From a virus (lineage: Duplodnaviria > Caudoviricetes), in IMG/VR virus record IMGVR_UViG_3300031841_001859, positions 1-61,389 of that record: 61,389 bases of DNA; one strand, written 5' to 3'. The notes under the pieces are model-generated. The model did not search any database. It saw only the letters and a program-made list of their open reading frames with translations, and was not told the origin of the DNA. Below, one piece after another: positions 36,775 to 47,048 of the stretch (its first letter is position 1; every line of letters starts with the position of its first letter). Position numbers and translations under genes: made by a program.

Positions 36775-38358
36775 ATGCCTACAGGATACGGATACGTAAG
36801 AGATAAAGAACCTTTGTTTGTTAACTGGGCAGAGGTAAGTCAAAAATTTACTGACCAATTAAAAGCTGATGAAGAAGCTAGGTTAGCTACTAAAAAAGAA
36901 ATACTTGACAATCGTAACGAATTTACAAAGACCTTACTTAATAAACCTGTTGGACAAAACACTGCACTAAACAGAATACTTTCTGGATATACAGACCAGG
37001 CAAGAGAATATTCTCTTTCTGCTTTACAAAGGTATAAAGACAAAGACTCAACTCTTGCAGAGTATAATGCTTTTGAAAACAATTTAAAATCAGGTACAAG
37101 CTTACTTTTTGATGCAGTAGAAGGTTTTAATTCAAACTTCGATAACTACGCACAGCGTGCACAAGATGGTTCAGCTTCTAAAATAGAAGTGTTTATGCAC
37201 GAGCTTACACAAAACTATACGGACTTTGGTAGAGTATCACTAGATGTAGACCCTAAAACTGGTGAGGTAATTATCTCACAACTGGGGGAAGATGGAAACC
37301 CTACAGGCAAAACATTAGATGTATCACAGCTTGGATACTTCTCTAAGTTTACCAGAGATAAATATGATATAGACGGAGAAGTAAATACTATTGCACAGAA
37401 TTTAGGAACTAAATTTTTACAAGATACTGAGGGTAGAAGTTTAAAATACCAAGGGCAACTGTATGATGAGATTGTAAGTAATGAAGAGTTAATGAAAGGT
37501 TTAGACACAGAGATTAAATCTTTAATTGATGAAGGCTTTGAGCTTGAGAGTGTACTAGCTGACAGTATGAACTATAAAATTGTTACAGATAAAACTGATA
37601 ATCCATTTGATTTATACTTCAATCAAGATACAAATGAGTTTGAAATAACAGATGCTCAAAAACAAGCAGCGTTTGACCATGTAAAACAAAAATTAATGAA
37701 CTCTCTTAACATTGATAGAAGAGAACCTGAAGCTGAGGATGAGTTAAGCGATTCTCAAATACAATCAGATTTAATCAGAAAGATACAAACTGTAGCATTG
37801 TATGGAGATAAAGTTCCTAGAACATTAATAGAGCAATTATTATCAGAAGAAGAGTTAGCCGAGTATGACAAGCTTGTAGAAAGTCAAGGAGGAACAGATG
37901 CTATTCAAGGATTGGTAGATGATATTACCACAGTAGTAGGACTTTCAGATTTAACAGAAGAACAGTTTGCCGATAATGATACAGTTAATCAAGCTTTAGG
38001 AGGTTTACAAGCTCTTGGTATTGATGCTTCTGTAAGTGGCGCAGGTAATATGCTTACTGCAAGAATAATTAATATTAAAGAAAGAGGAGATAAAGGTGAA
38101 GGTATAACTATTAATACTAAAGGTAAAACTCAACAACAAATAATTGATGAGATAGTTAGACTCGTACCTTCAGTAAGAAGTTTAGAAGATTTAGCTACGT
38201 CCCTCGCATTTATAAGAAGACAGAGTAATCCACAGGGTGATACACAGGGTGATACACAAAATGTGCCTCCATTTTTTGAATGGTCACAAAGAGAAGAAAA
38301 CAAAGGTAAAGGTATGAATGAATACATACAAGAATTTAATTTATCTCCAGCTCAGTAA
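36775..38358 (+). CDS. Putative internal virion/ejection protein
   Basis: Helical 527 aa protein; position. Confidence 0.55.
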   Translation: MPTGYGYVRDKEPLFVNWAEVSQKFTDQLKADEEARLATKKEILDNRNEFTKTLLNKPVGQNTALNRILSGYTDQAREYSLSALQRYKDKDSTLAEYNAFENNLKSGTSLLFDAVEGFNSNFDNYAQRAQDGSASKIEVFMHELTQNYTDFGRVSLDVDPKTGEVIISQLGEDGNPTGKTLDVSQLGYFSKFTRDKYDIDGEVNTIAQNLGTKFLQDTEGRSLKYQGQLYDEIVSNEELMKGLDTEIKSLIDEGFELESVLADSMNYKIVTDKTDNPFDLYFNQDTNEFEITDAQKQAAFDHVKQKLMNSLNIDRREPEAEDELSDSQIQSDLIRKIQTVALYGDKVPRTLIEQLLSEEELAEYDKLVESQGGTDAIQGLVDDITTVVGLSDLTEEQFADNDTVNQALGGLQALGIDASVSGAGNMLTARIINIKERGDKGEGITINTKGKTQQQIIDEIVRLVPSVRSLEDLATSLAFIRRQSNPQGDTQGDTQNVPPFFEWSQREENKGKGMNEYIQEFNLSPAQ

Positions 38359-41300
38359 TGGAAACACAAGAATTATTTGACATATTACCAACAGGTGTTT
38401 TTTCTAACGCTGAAGAACTACAAAAGTTTTTAGATGATGGAGATGTAAATCAATTATATCCTTTATTGGATAAAGAAAAGTTTCCCACTCTTGAATCATT
38501 TCAAGTTTCCTTAAAAAAAAAAGACACTCCAGAAATAAATACGGAGTTAGAATTGGAAGATGGTTTGTCGGAGCAGCCAGAGTCAGCTGAAGAAAAGAAA
38601 ACTCCAGAATCTGATTTAGGTAAAATTTTCAAATCCAATTTTTTAAGAACTGTAGGAGGTATATCCGACATTCCTTTGTTTATAAACCAAAGTGTTTTTA
38701 GCGCATTTGCTCCTAAACAACAAAAAGAATATATAAATAGTCTTACTCCAGAACAAAGAGAAATATTTTTTGAAACTTTAAATACTGCACAAGCTCAGAC
38801 TGGAGGTGGTTTACCTATGGATACAGACTTTTCAAGAAAAATGTATAATGAAGCCAATCGTTTAAGGGAGCTTGTTGACACACAATACGACACCGGCATA
38901 ACTCAAGATATCTTTTCTGAAAATGTGGGTAGAGGTTTGAGAAGACTTACTAACGAAGCAGTAGGAGCTATACCTCAAATAGTTACTGCGTTTGCTCCTG
39001 GTGGTATTGTAGCAATAGGAGCAGGGACAGCAGCTACAAAATCCAGACGTCTCCAAGAAGAAGGAGCTGATTTAAATTTTAAAACACAATTAAATTCAGC
39101 AATTACAGGTACAGCTGAAGGAATATTTGAATTAGTAACTTATAGAATGGGTGGTCAACTGTTCAAAGGTTTAAGAGAAGCGTTATCATCTCAAGGAAAA
39201 GAAGCTGTTAAGGAATCACTTAAAACAATATTAAATGCTTATAAAAAAGGATTTGCAAGAGAGGGAGTTTCAGAGTTAGCTACAGAAGCTACTGAAGATT
39301 TAGCTGACCTTATAGTGCTTGGAGATGAAGAAGCTTTTGCAAACGCATTTTCAAGATATGCGGATACATTTATTATAGGAGGAGCTACAGGTGGGCCGAT
39401 TCAATCTTTTGCCCCTGGAGTCAAAAGAATTGTTCAAGGTAGACAACAAAAAATATTAAACGACAACGTAAAAAAAAGTAAATATAATAATGTACTAGAG
39501 CCATTTGATGTTGAATCTGGTAATATGGTAGTTGAAATAGACCAGCTGCCAATAGTGCAATCTCCAAATGCAGATTTATTTATCAACAGTACAGTTGACA
39601 ATCAAGTAAAAAGAAACGAGATATCGAAAACCCAGGCTGAACAAATAAAAGAAAACTTTGCTGTAGCTAAAGGTATATTCAACCAAATACCCACACAGAA
39701 TTTTAATACACAACAACAAAAACAAGCAGCTGATTTGTTGTTTGAAAAACTTACTTTAGAAAATTTTGTAGCTGGTAAAGATGTAAATCTTGTTACAAAA
39801 GAAATACAAAGAATAGAGTCAATTAATGAACAGCTAAAAAATATAGGATTACAAGCTCAACCAATAACAAGTACAGAGCAAGCTGTAGAAGAGGTCGAGA
39901 TTAAAGATGAAAGTGTCGTGAGCGACACTCAACAAAGAATATCTGTCGCTCCTTTTTTTGCAACACAAATTGAAACAATCGATGACGCAGAATCTTTGAG
40001 ACAAGATAATAAATACACGGAGTATATAACTGGTCTTAATACATTAATAAATGAGTTTGGATTAGAAGGCCAAGTAGAAGAAACGCTAGGCGGATTTCAA
40101 TTTGAAGACGGCACAACTGTTAGAGAAATATCTAACAATATAATTTTAAATAACGCTACCGAAACACAAGGTGATGAGTTTGCTGCGTTAGTAGGCGCTC
40201 TTGCTCCTGAAGTGCAAGAAGCAACTATAGCTGCTAATTATACAGATAAACAATCAGGCGATGCTAATGGAGTTGAGTTTATTTTACAAGTTGATAATAT
40301 TCAAGGAGCTCTCGAAACCGTTGCTGATGTTGGGATTACAGATTTTACTTTGAATCAATCAAATAATTCCTTATCTTTACTTAATCTTGATTTTATGGAT
40401 AGTGAAGTATTTCAAGATAAACTTAATAATCTTTTAGAAAAATTAGATGAAAAACAAATTAAATACTCAGCCCAAGACACAAGGCCAATCAACTCTCGAT
40501 ACATTGATGCTGAAGCCAGAAGGGAAATTTTACGAACTATTCAAAGACGTTCCGTTGAACAACAACTTGAAGGGGAAAGCCTTTATCCGAAAGTTGTCCA
40601 AGCGTTAGAACGTATAGGAGAAACAGTAACTGAAACTACAGTTGAAGAAACTGTTGAACCTTCCCCTACATCTCCCGAACAAATTATAGAAACCATAGGC
40701 GACCCTAGCATGAGCATGGAAGAAACCATTTCTGTGGGTAGAGCTCAAGGTTTTTCAGACATTCAAATACAAAAAGTTTTACAAGGTAGAGGGTTTAAAG
40801 TTAGAGATATAAAACCTCTTTTAGAATTAAAAATAGAAATACCTGCTGCTTTTAGAAATATAGCTGGTGGTATAAATGTAGGTCAACCTATATTTAATCA
40901 AGTTCAATCCGAGCTAAATGCCTTTGTAAAAAAAGCTGATAACGTTTTACCTGGAGCAAGAAGAGCTAAAGCGTTAGAAATTTTAAAAGCTAATGAAACA
41001 TTTCAAACTTTATCTGAGATAGACCAACAACAACTATTATTAGGTTTAGATAGAACTTTAGGAACAACAGCTAATAAAGTTATACAGCAAGAAATAAATC
41101 AAATAAAAAATTCAATAGCTGATTTCAAAAAAGGTATAAAGGATTTAAAGCAAGCGCAAAACACTGTTAATAATTTTATTAGAAAAGCTTTACCAAATGA
41201 GAAAGAAATCAAAGGGTTTGTTTCCTCTATAAATAAGGTTACTAGCAAAGATGATTTACCTGCTGTTGCTGAAAAAATAATAAAACAAATAGAGCAACAA

Positions 41301-44018
41301 AGAGAAAAACAAAAGCTAAGTGTAATAAAAAAAATAAAAACTTTAGCAAATAAAAAAGCCAGAACTACTAAAACAAGGTCAAACAAAATTAGAGGTGGAG
41401 ATTTGACAGCAGCTGGTAAACAATTTTTTCAGGCTGTCAGTGAAATAATGAACGCAGTTACAGGTAAAAATCCTGTAAACACAATGGTTAATATAGCTAA
41501 TGATTTATCTGACTTAGCTGAAATAGAAAGAGTAACAAACAAAGAAATAGCAGGAGAAAAATTATCACCATCAGAGTCAAGACTTTTAGATAGAGTGTTA
41601 GCTTTTGATATGTTTGGAGATATTCAGGAAAAATCTTTAGAGGAAGTGCAAGCTTTATTTACTGACTTACAAGCTGCTCGTGCAGAGTCTATTAGACAAC
41701 TAAATGTTTTAAGAGAAATTCAAGCACGTGAAACGCAAGAGCTTCAAAATGAACTTAACAATCAAGTGCAAAAAGATTTTCCATTTTTATATAAAACTGA
41801 TAAAGACGGAAACTTAGTAGTAAAAAATAGAAATGATTTGAATCAAGATTATCTTAGTATAAGAAGAGATTTTGATAAACTAAAAATTTGGAAAGGATTA
41901 AAAGGTGTAGCACAAACTTATAATTTTACTACAGCTAGAAATTTATTTCAAACCATTAGAAGATATTTAGCCAATCTACAAACCGTTACTAAGATACTTG
42001 ACAGATATAATGACCAAGGATTTTTTCAAAAATATTTTTACAACGAAACTAATATAGCTGAAGAAAATTCTTTAAGAGGTAAATTTAATCAACAAGATAA
42101 AATAAGTGAAATAGCTTCTACTATAGAGGGTGTAAACAATTACAATGATATATTAAACTTACTCAAAGAACCAGAAATATTCTTAAATGTAAAAGGTAGA
42201 CAAGTAGAATACTCTCCTGATAACATAGCTCGTATTTACGCTCTAAGTAAAAACGATGTGCAAAAAGATAAGCTTAATAAAATGGGCTATACTGATTCTG
42301 TTTTAAATGATATTAAAAATAATCTTGATAATAAAGTAATTGAGTTTATAGATAAGCTTATTGATTATTTAAGCACCGATTATTATGAAGGAGTTAATGA
42401 TGTATATTCTAAAATAAATAATATAAACTTGCCGCAAATAAGAAACTATTTTCCTACCAGAACTATATCTCAGGCAGAGTTTAGTAGCGACTTATTAGCA
42501 GCGGGAGATTTCAGTGCAATATTTAATGCTGAAACAGCTCCTGCATTAAAAGCAAGAGAGGATTTAATAAGCCCTATAGATTTAGGAAGAGGTTTAACAT
42601 TTACCAATACACTTTACAATCACATTGAAACTTTAGAAAAGTATAAAGCTTTTGCTTCTACAGTAAAAAAATTAAACACTATAATGAAGTTAGATGGAGT
42701 TGGAGCTTTGATGAATGAAACTGGTACATCACGATTGGTTAGAAATAGTGTTAATGCAATCGTCAATCCAGGTTATGGTATAGACCAAGTAGACACAGGA
42801 TTCTTTGCGAGGGCTTTAAATAACTTTACTGGATATGCGTTATCATTTAGACTTATGCAGATACCTAAGCAAGCTTCTTCTTTTGTAAATGCTTTTGAAC
42901 AATACAGGTTTAACAAATCCGGCAAACCTAATTTTGTAAAAGATTTATTTGGTTTTGCTATAGACATGGCTAAAGTAATATCTAATTTACCAAAAGAAAT
43001 TAAAGAAACTAGAGATATATCTGCAAGTTTTAGAGATAGATTAGAAAAAGGTTTCGGCGGAGATTTGTACGGGTTAGAAACCGGTGGTACTTTAGGTTTG
43101 AAAAAATCCCCTGCATTAAGAAGGTACAGAGCTGCTGCTGCTTCTCCTACTGTATTAGGAGATTTATTAGGTATTATGGGATATAAAATAGTATACAATA
43201 GAAATATTAAAAACGGGATGTCACCTCAAGAAGCTTTAAGAATATTTAATGATTATAATGCAACGCAACAAAGTAGAAGAGGGGCAGATAAAATTGAGCT
43301 ACAAAGAAGTAGAGACGCTCTTACAAGAACGTTTACTATGTTTATGAGCACCACCTATTTACAAATGAATCAAACTGCTCAAGGGGTATCATCTATAACA
43401 ACAGATTTAATTAACAAGAAAAAACCTAAAGCAGCTGATATAAGAAGAGTTGCTCTTAATGCTTATATTGCAAATGCGATGTTTGTTTTTATGGCAAACT
43501 CAGCAAAGTTTTTCTTAGGAGATGATGAAGACAAAGAAGAAGTATTTAATAGATTAAAATTTTCTAACACTGTTTTAAATTTAGTTTATGCTATACCGCT
43601 TTTAGGTTCTGCCGTTGAAGTAATGAATAATAGAATACAGGGTAAAAGGTTTTCTGAGGATAGTATCGTAAACCCATATAGTGCTGTAGTTTCTCGTATG
43701 TATAATTTAATTTCTAAAGAAGGTGGGTTTTCTTTAAGAAGCTTGACACCAATATTTGAGTTAATTGCTGGTACTAGATTCGACCCCTTTGCAGGATTGT
43801 TTAACATATTTAAAGACTTAAAAATTACAGAGGAAAGCTTCCTTGATTTAATAGGTACAACAAGTTATTACAGACCTGATAAAGATGAAGTTTCAAAACC
43901 GGTTTCTAATAAAGCAAGCGGTGATTTTGTTGACCCTGAATTACAACAACAAATTAAAGATTTAAAAAGTCAAGTAAGAGATATTAAAAAAGAAGTTAGA
44001 GATGCCATTTCAGAGTAA
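38358..44018 (+). CDS. Large internal virion/ejection protein (1886 aa)
   Basis: Size, helical composition, hydrophobic Gly/Ala segments, last large gene of the structural arm. Confidence 0.6.
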   Translation: METQELFDILPTGVFSNAEELQKFLDDGDVNQLYPLLDKEKFPTLESFQVSLKKKDTPEINTELELEDGLSEQPESAEEKKTPESDLGKIFKSNFLRTVGGISDIPLFINQSVFSAFAPKQQKEYINSLTPEQREIFFETLNTAQAQTGGGLPMDTDFSRKMYNEANRLRELVDTQYDTGITQDIFSENVGRGLRRLTNEAVGAIPQIVTAFAPGGIVAIGAGTAATKSRRLQEEGADLNFKTQLNSAITGTAEGIFELVTYRMGGQLFKGLREALSSQGKEAVKESLKTILNAYKKGFAREGVSELATEATEDLADLIVLGDEEAFANAFSRYADTFIIGGATGGPIQSFAPGVKRIVQGRQQKILNDNVKKSKYNNVLEPFDVESGNMVVEIDQLPIVQSPNADLFINSTVDNQVKRNEISKTQAEQIKENFAVAKGIFNQIPTQNFNTQQQKQAADLLFEKLTLENFVAGKDVNLVTKEIQRIESINEQLKNIGLQAQPITSTEQAVEEVEIKDESVVSDTQQRISVAPFFATQIETIDDAESLRQDNKYTEYITGLNTLINEFGLEGQVEETLGGFQFEDGTTVREISNNIILNNATETQGDEFAALVGALAPEVQEATIAANYTDKQSGDANGVEFILQVDNIQGALETVADVGITDFTLNQSNNSLSLLNLDFMDSEVFQDKLNNLLEKLDEKQIKYSAQDTRPINSRYIDAEARREILRTIQRRSVEQQLEGESLYPKVVQALERIGETVTETTVEETVEPSPTSPEQIIETIGDPSMSMEETISVGRAQGFSDIQIQKVLQGRGFKVRDIKPLLELKIEIPAAFRNIAGGINVGQPIFNQVQSELNAFVKKADNVLPGARRAKALEILKANETFQTLSEIDQQQLLLGLDRTLGTTANKVIQQEINQIKNSIADFKKGIKDLKQAQNTVNNFIRKALPNEKEIKGFVSSINKVTSKDDLPAVAEKIIKQIEQQREKQKLSVIKKIKTLANKKARTTKTRSNKIRGGDLTAAGKQFFQAVSEIMNAVTGKNPVNTMVNIANDLSDLAEIERVTNKEIAGEKLSPSESRLLDRVLAFDMFGDIQEKSLEEVQALFTDLQAARAESIRQLNVLREIQARETQELQNELNNQVQKDFPFLYKTDKDGNLVVKNRNDLNQDYLSIRRDFDKLKIWKGLKGVAQTYNFTTARNLFQTIRRYLANLQTVTKILDRYNDQGFFQKYFYNETNIAEENSLRGKFNQQDKISEIASTIEGVNNYNDILNLLKEPEIFLNVKGRQVEYSPDNIARIYALSKNDVQKDKLNKMGYTDSVLNDIKNNLDNKVIEFIDKLIDYLSTDYYEGVNDVYSKINNINLPQIRNYFPTRTISQAEFSSDLLAAGDFSAIFNAETAPALKAREDLISPIDLGRGLTFTNTLYNHIETLEKYKAFASTVKKLNTIMKLDGVGALMNETGTSRLVRNSVNAIVNPGYGIDQVDTGFFARALNNFTGYALSFRLMQIPKQASSFVNAFEQYRFNKSGKPNFVKDLFGFAIDMAKVISNLPKEIKETRDISASFRDRLEKGFGGDLYGLETGGTLGLKKSPALRRYRAAAASPTVLGDLLGIMGYKIVYNRNIKNGMSPQEALRIFNDYNATQQSRRGADKIELQRSRDALTRTFTMFMSTTYLQMNQTAQGVSSITTDLINKKKPKAADIRRVALNAYIANAMFVFMANSAKFFLGDDEDKEEVFNRLKFSNTVLNLVYAIPLLGSAVEVMNNRIQGKRFSEDSIVNPYSAVVSRMYNLISKEGGFSLRSLTPIFELIAGTRFDPFAGLFNIFKDLKITEESFLDLIGTTSYYRPDKDEVSKPVSNKASGDFVDPELQQQIKDLKSQVRDIKKEVRDAISE
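39912..39929. repeat. Palindrome GTGTCG-N4-CGACAC, copy 2
   Basis: AGTGTCG-TGAG-CGACACT. Confidence 0.9.
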
Positions 44019-44190
44019 AGCACAACGCCGTTGGATGTATGCCAACAACCCAGAGCTCGCTAAAGAGTTTGAAAAAGAAACAGGTAATCCTGATGCTTTG
44101 CCTAATCGTATACATCCCAGAACTGCAAGAAGAAGAAGAATATCTCAGAGAAGAGCTAGAAGATTAGCACGTAGAAACAATAAAAGATAA
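44002..44190 (+). CDS. Small protein with an Arg-rich tail
   Basis: MPFQSKAQRRWMYAN.PELAKEFEKET...RRRRISQRRARRLARR. Confidence 0.65.
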   Translation: MPFQSKAQRRWMYANNPELAKEFEKETGNPDALPNRIHPRTARRRRISQRRARRLARRNNKR

Positions 44191-44238
44191 GAGAGTTTAT
44201 CAGCATTGTTATAAAAAAATCAAAGTATTTATTTGTCA

Positions 44239-44955
44239 TTACAAGTTCATTAAACAATTAATAGCTGTGTGTCCACCAAGAACAACCCCACATCCGATAG
44301 CTTGCTTTTTGAAATGTTTTGCGTAAGCAGCTGCGTATGATGTAGTATCTATACCACAACCTACCTGCATACCAAAGATTCTAAAGTTCCTACCTACCAT
44401 CCATTCGATATAAGCCTGCGTGTGTATGTGTCCTTGAACAGTAGACATCATATCGTTCTTTGCTTTTGTTCTAGCTGTTCCACCCTCTCCGTGTATGTAT
44501 TGCACGTTATCATACACTATTCTTTCCACCCAGTTCCATTTAGTTCCCAGTACCTCATTGTAAGATTTAATCCACATTGTAGGTATTGCTGAGGTCTGAG
44601 CTTTACGCATTACCATTCTGTCATGGTTTCCTATAATTACGTCAGCTTCAGGAAATGCGTTACGCCAATCTTCTACTGTGCGTATTGCATACTCCAGTTC
44701 ATCTGCTCCTCCAAGGGCATCAGAAGAAGTTTCGTGGTAAGAACTGTAATGGTTGTCTATAATATCTCCAATGAATATTACTTGGTTACATAAATACTTT
44801 GCGTAAGTCTCTTGACAGAACTCTAAGTACCCGTCAAGTTCAAATGGTGCGTGTAAATCTCCTACTACTAATATTCTTTTTTCTTTTTTTGTTAGGTAGT
44901 CGTATGCAATTTTTTTATCTCCTTTTAATCGTGGCCGAAAATCTTTATAGTTCAT
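44239..44955 (-). CDS. Calcineurin-like metallophosphoesterase
   Basis: GDLH, GDIID, GNHD, HG and GHIH motifs. Confidence 0.85.
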   Translation of the reverse strand: MNYKDFRPRLKGDKKIAYDYLTKKEKRILVVGDLHAPFELDGYLEFCQETYAKYLCNQVIFIGDIIDNHYSSYHETSSDALGGADELEYAIRTVEDWRNAFPEADVIIGNHDRMVMRKAQTSAIPTMWIKSYNEVLGTKWNWVERIVYDNVQYIHGEGGTARTKAKNDMMSTVQGHIHTQAYIEWMVGRNFRIFGMQVGCGIDTTSYAAAYAKHFKKQAIGCGVVLGGHTAINCLMNL

Positions 44956-45133
44956 CGTTTATTGATTCGTTAATAGTTTTTAATTTACTATTAAGAGTCA
45001 ATATAGCCTTACGAGTGTCATCATACTCTTGGTCTACCAATGTTTCGTATATCTGATTTACTGAGTCATGAATATCTTCCATTATAAAGTTAATGTTTTG
45101 AAGACGCTTTTTTTCTAGCGGTGTTATATTCAT
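44945..45133 (-). CDS. Hypothetical protein
   Basis: Overlapping ORF in the minus-strand operon. Confidence 0.55.
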   Translation of the reverse strand: MNITPLEKKRLQNINFIMEDIHDSVNQIYETLVDQEYDDTRKAILTLNSKLKTINESINDEL

Positions 45134-45143
45134 TTTATAAGGT

Positions 45144-45380
45144 TTACTGTTCTCTTAACAATAACCTTCCCGTGTACTCATCGATTGTTTTTACAGCCTT
45201 ATATATTTTACGAGACTGTCGTTTTACTTTTTCTACTTCTGTCTTACTAGACTCGCTACCTAAATTACAATATAGGTTTGCGTCGATTTCAAAAAGAGTA
45301 TCTATTTTCCTTTTTTTACTCCAGCTCGTGAAGTTTAGAATCTTTTCAATATCATCTATTTTATAAGACATAAGTATCAA
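45144..45380 (-). CDS. Hypothetical protein
   Basis: KIDTLFEIDA.LYCNLG..S...SRKIY..VK. Confidence 0.6.
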   Translation of the reverse strand: MILMSYKIDDIEKILNFTSWSKKRKIDTLFEIDANLYCNLGSESSKTEVEKVKRQSRKIYKAVKTIDEYTGRLLLREQ

Positions 45381-45392
45381 TGCTACATAAAG

Positions 45393-45914
45393 TTATAAAA
45401 TTTTTTCTAATTTTTGATTTAATTGCTTATATTTTTCTTTAGCGTGATGGGGTTCGTAACCATAATGTTTTTTAGCTAGAGCAAAAAAACTATCGTATTC
45501 TTTAAGAAGACCATCCTCTATAAATGATTTTAAAATTTTACATCTATTAGATAAAATTTCGTTTTGCTCAATCAACTCATCAATTGTAAAGTATGTGTCT
45601 TTTCCGATAGGAACATTTAATTTTTTCATTAAAATTTCTTTAAGCTCATTGTATGGGTCAAGGTATTTTTTGTCATTTGAAAATACAAAATTATCAAACT
45701 GCCTTAGGCCATGAAGGACTGTAGCGTGGTTTCTATTAACTGCTTCTCCTATCTGAGATAAAGAACAAAAAGTAAAATCTCTACATAATTTGTAAAATAT
45801 AAAACGTGACACAACAAAGTGATGTTGACGGGCTTTTCGTCTTAATTGAACTTTAAATTTTGATTCTACTAATTGCAGTATTATGGTTATAGATTTAATA
45901 AATTTAGGTTTCAT
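45393..45914 (-). CDS. DnaA C-terminal (domain IV)-like HTH protein
   Basis: R.IFYKLCRDFT..SLSQIG..VNRNHATVLHGL. Confidence 0.7.
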   Translation of the reverse strand: MKPKFIKSITIILQLVESKFKVQLRRKARQHHFVVSRFIFYKLCRDFTFCSLSQIGEAVNRNHATVLHGLRQFDNFVFSNDKKYLDPYNELKEILMKKLNVPIGKDTYFTIDELIEQNEILSNRCKILKSFIEDGLLKEYDSFFALAKKHYGYEPHHAKEKYKQLNQKLEKIL

Positions 45915-46245
45915 AGTCGATAGTTTTATTAAGGTTTAAGTAGTCTAAGTATTCATCCGAAGATATTATATTAAATTTATAAAACAAAGGAAACATACTT
46001 CTTGAGTTAAGATATTCAACGCTGAAGAACAAAGGTTCTTGCATGGTCACAACACCTGCAATCATACCAAATCTTTTAGGCTCATCAGCATATTTTTTTT
46101 CTTCCTGCATTTCAGTCGCAAGTTTATCTAGCTGCATTATAATTCCAGCGCTATAAAGTGGAGGCAAACTTTCTAGCTCTTCTAAAAATTTTTCTTCCAT
46201 TTCATAAAAGTGGTCATCCCCTGAAAATCTCTGTTGTAAACCCAT
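45904..46245 (-). CDS. Hypothetical protein
   Basis: ORF in operon. Confidence 0.55.
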   Translation of the reverse strand: MGLQQRFSGDDHFYEMEEKFLEELESLPPLYSAGIIMQLDKLATEMQEEKKYADEPKRFGMIAGVVTMQEPLFFSVEYLNSRSMFPLFYKFNIISSDEYLDYLNLNKTIDYET

Positions 46246-46462
46246 ACTCTTCTAGTTCTTCTATTCTGTATTCCTGAAGTTTTGAAACCTTTCCCTTCGG
46301 TGTTTTAATTTCAAAAAACTTTACACCCAAATCTTTATGTAAGGCAAGCACATCTGGAATACCGTTCTTATTTGTTTTAATTAATTTAATAACATAGTAA
46401 CCTTCAGCTTCTAATTCTTTTATTTTTTTAGACTGAATCTGTTGCTCTGTCATTATATGCAA
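46214..46462 (-). CDS. VRR-NUC-type nuclease
   Basis: TEQQIQ...GIPDVL...FFEIKTPKGKVSKLQ. Confidence 0.8.
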   Translation of the reverse strand: MHIMTEQQIQSKKIKELEAEGYYVIKLIKTNKNGIPDVLALHKDLGVKFFEIKTPKGKVSKLQEYRIEELEEYGFTTEIFRG

Positions 46463-46826
46463 ATTTACTTAATTCTTTTATTGGTATTAATACTGATAAA
46501 GATGTTTTGTCATCACCCATTTCTTTTACTGCACCTTTTAAATAATATTCTCTCGCTATTTCCTTAAGTCTTTTGGTTTTAATAAAGATAATAACTTCAT
46601 CTCTGTATTGTTCAGCCAGCACAAACGCATAATAATCAGACTTGGTTTTTGAAATACCAGATGGCCTGCCTCTGCTTTCAAACTCAATAGCTATATTCCC
46701 TGTTGTGCCTGTCCAGAAATCTCTTTTAACTTCTATGGTACAATTTTTAAATATATGGTCAACAAGTTGCTCTCCTTCTTTCCCAATAATTAAATCATAA
46801 TCAAAGTTAGTCTTTCTGTCCTTCAT
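46428..46826 (-). CDS. PD-(D/E)XK-like nuclease-fold protein
   Basis: IEVKRD...TGNIAIEFESRGRPSGISKTKSDYY. Confidence 0.6.
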   Translation of the reverse strand: MKDRKTNFDYDLIIGKEGEQLVDHIFKNCTIEVKRDFWTGTTGNIAIEFESRGRPSGISKTKSDYYAFVLAEQYRDEVIIFIKTKRLKEIAREYYLKGAVKEMGDDKTSLSVLIPIKELSKFAYNDRATDSV

Positions 46827-47046
46827 CTTTTTTAGCAGCTTCTTCTGCTTTGGCAGCTTCTTCTGCTTTGGCAGCTTCTTCTTTTAGTTTATCAATAGCC
46901 TCTTGATAGTCAGGCATCCTTTTAATCGTTTCGAGTGTGCCCCTTGCTATGCTATTGATGTTTCGTAAATCAGATATTACCAAACCCATTGTTTCTTCGA
47001 GCTTGTTAATCTTGTTTACCATCTCTATTAATTTTGCTTCTTTCAT
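46807..47046 (-). CDS. Coiled-coil hypothetical protein with an 18-bp tandem repeat
   Basis: EEAAKAEEAAKAEEAAKK; DNA repeat at 46835-46882. Confidence 0.6.
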   Translation of the reverse strand: MKEAKLIEMVNKINKLEETMGLVISDLRNINSIARGTLETIKRMPDYQEAIDKLKEEAAKAEEAAKAEEAAKKDEGQKD

Positions 47047-47048
47047 AA

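Noticed and set aside
38233-38256. 12-bp tandem duplication (QGDTQGDT), and the 18-bp repeat at 46835-46882
   Set aside because: Short in-frame slippage in low-complexity tails with no further structure.
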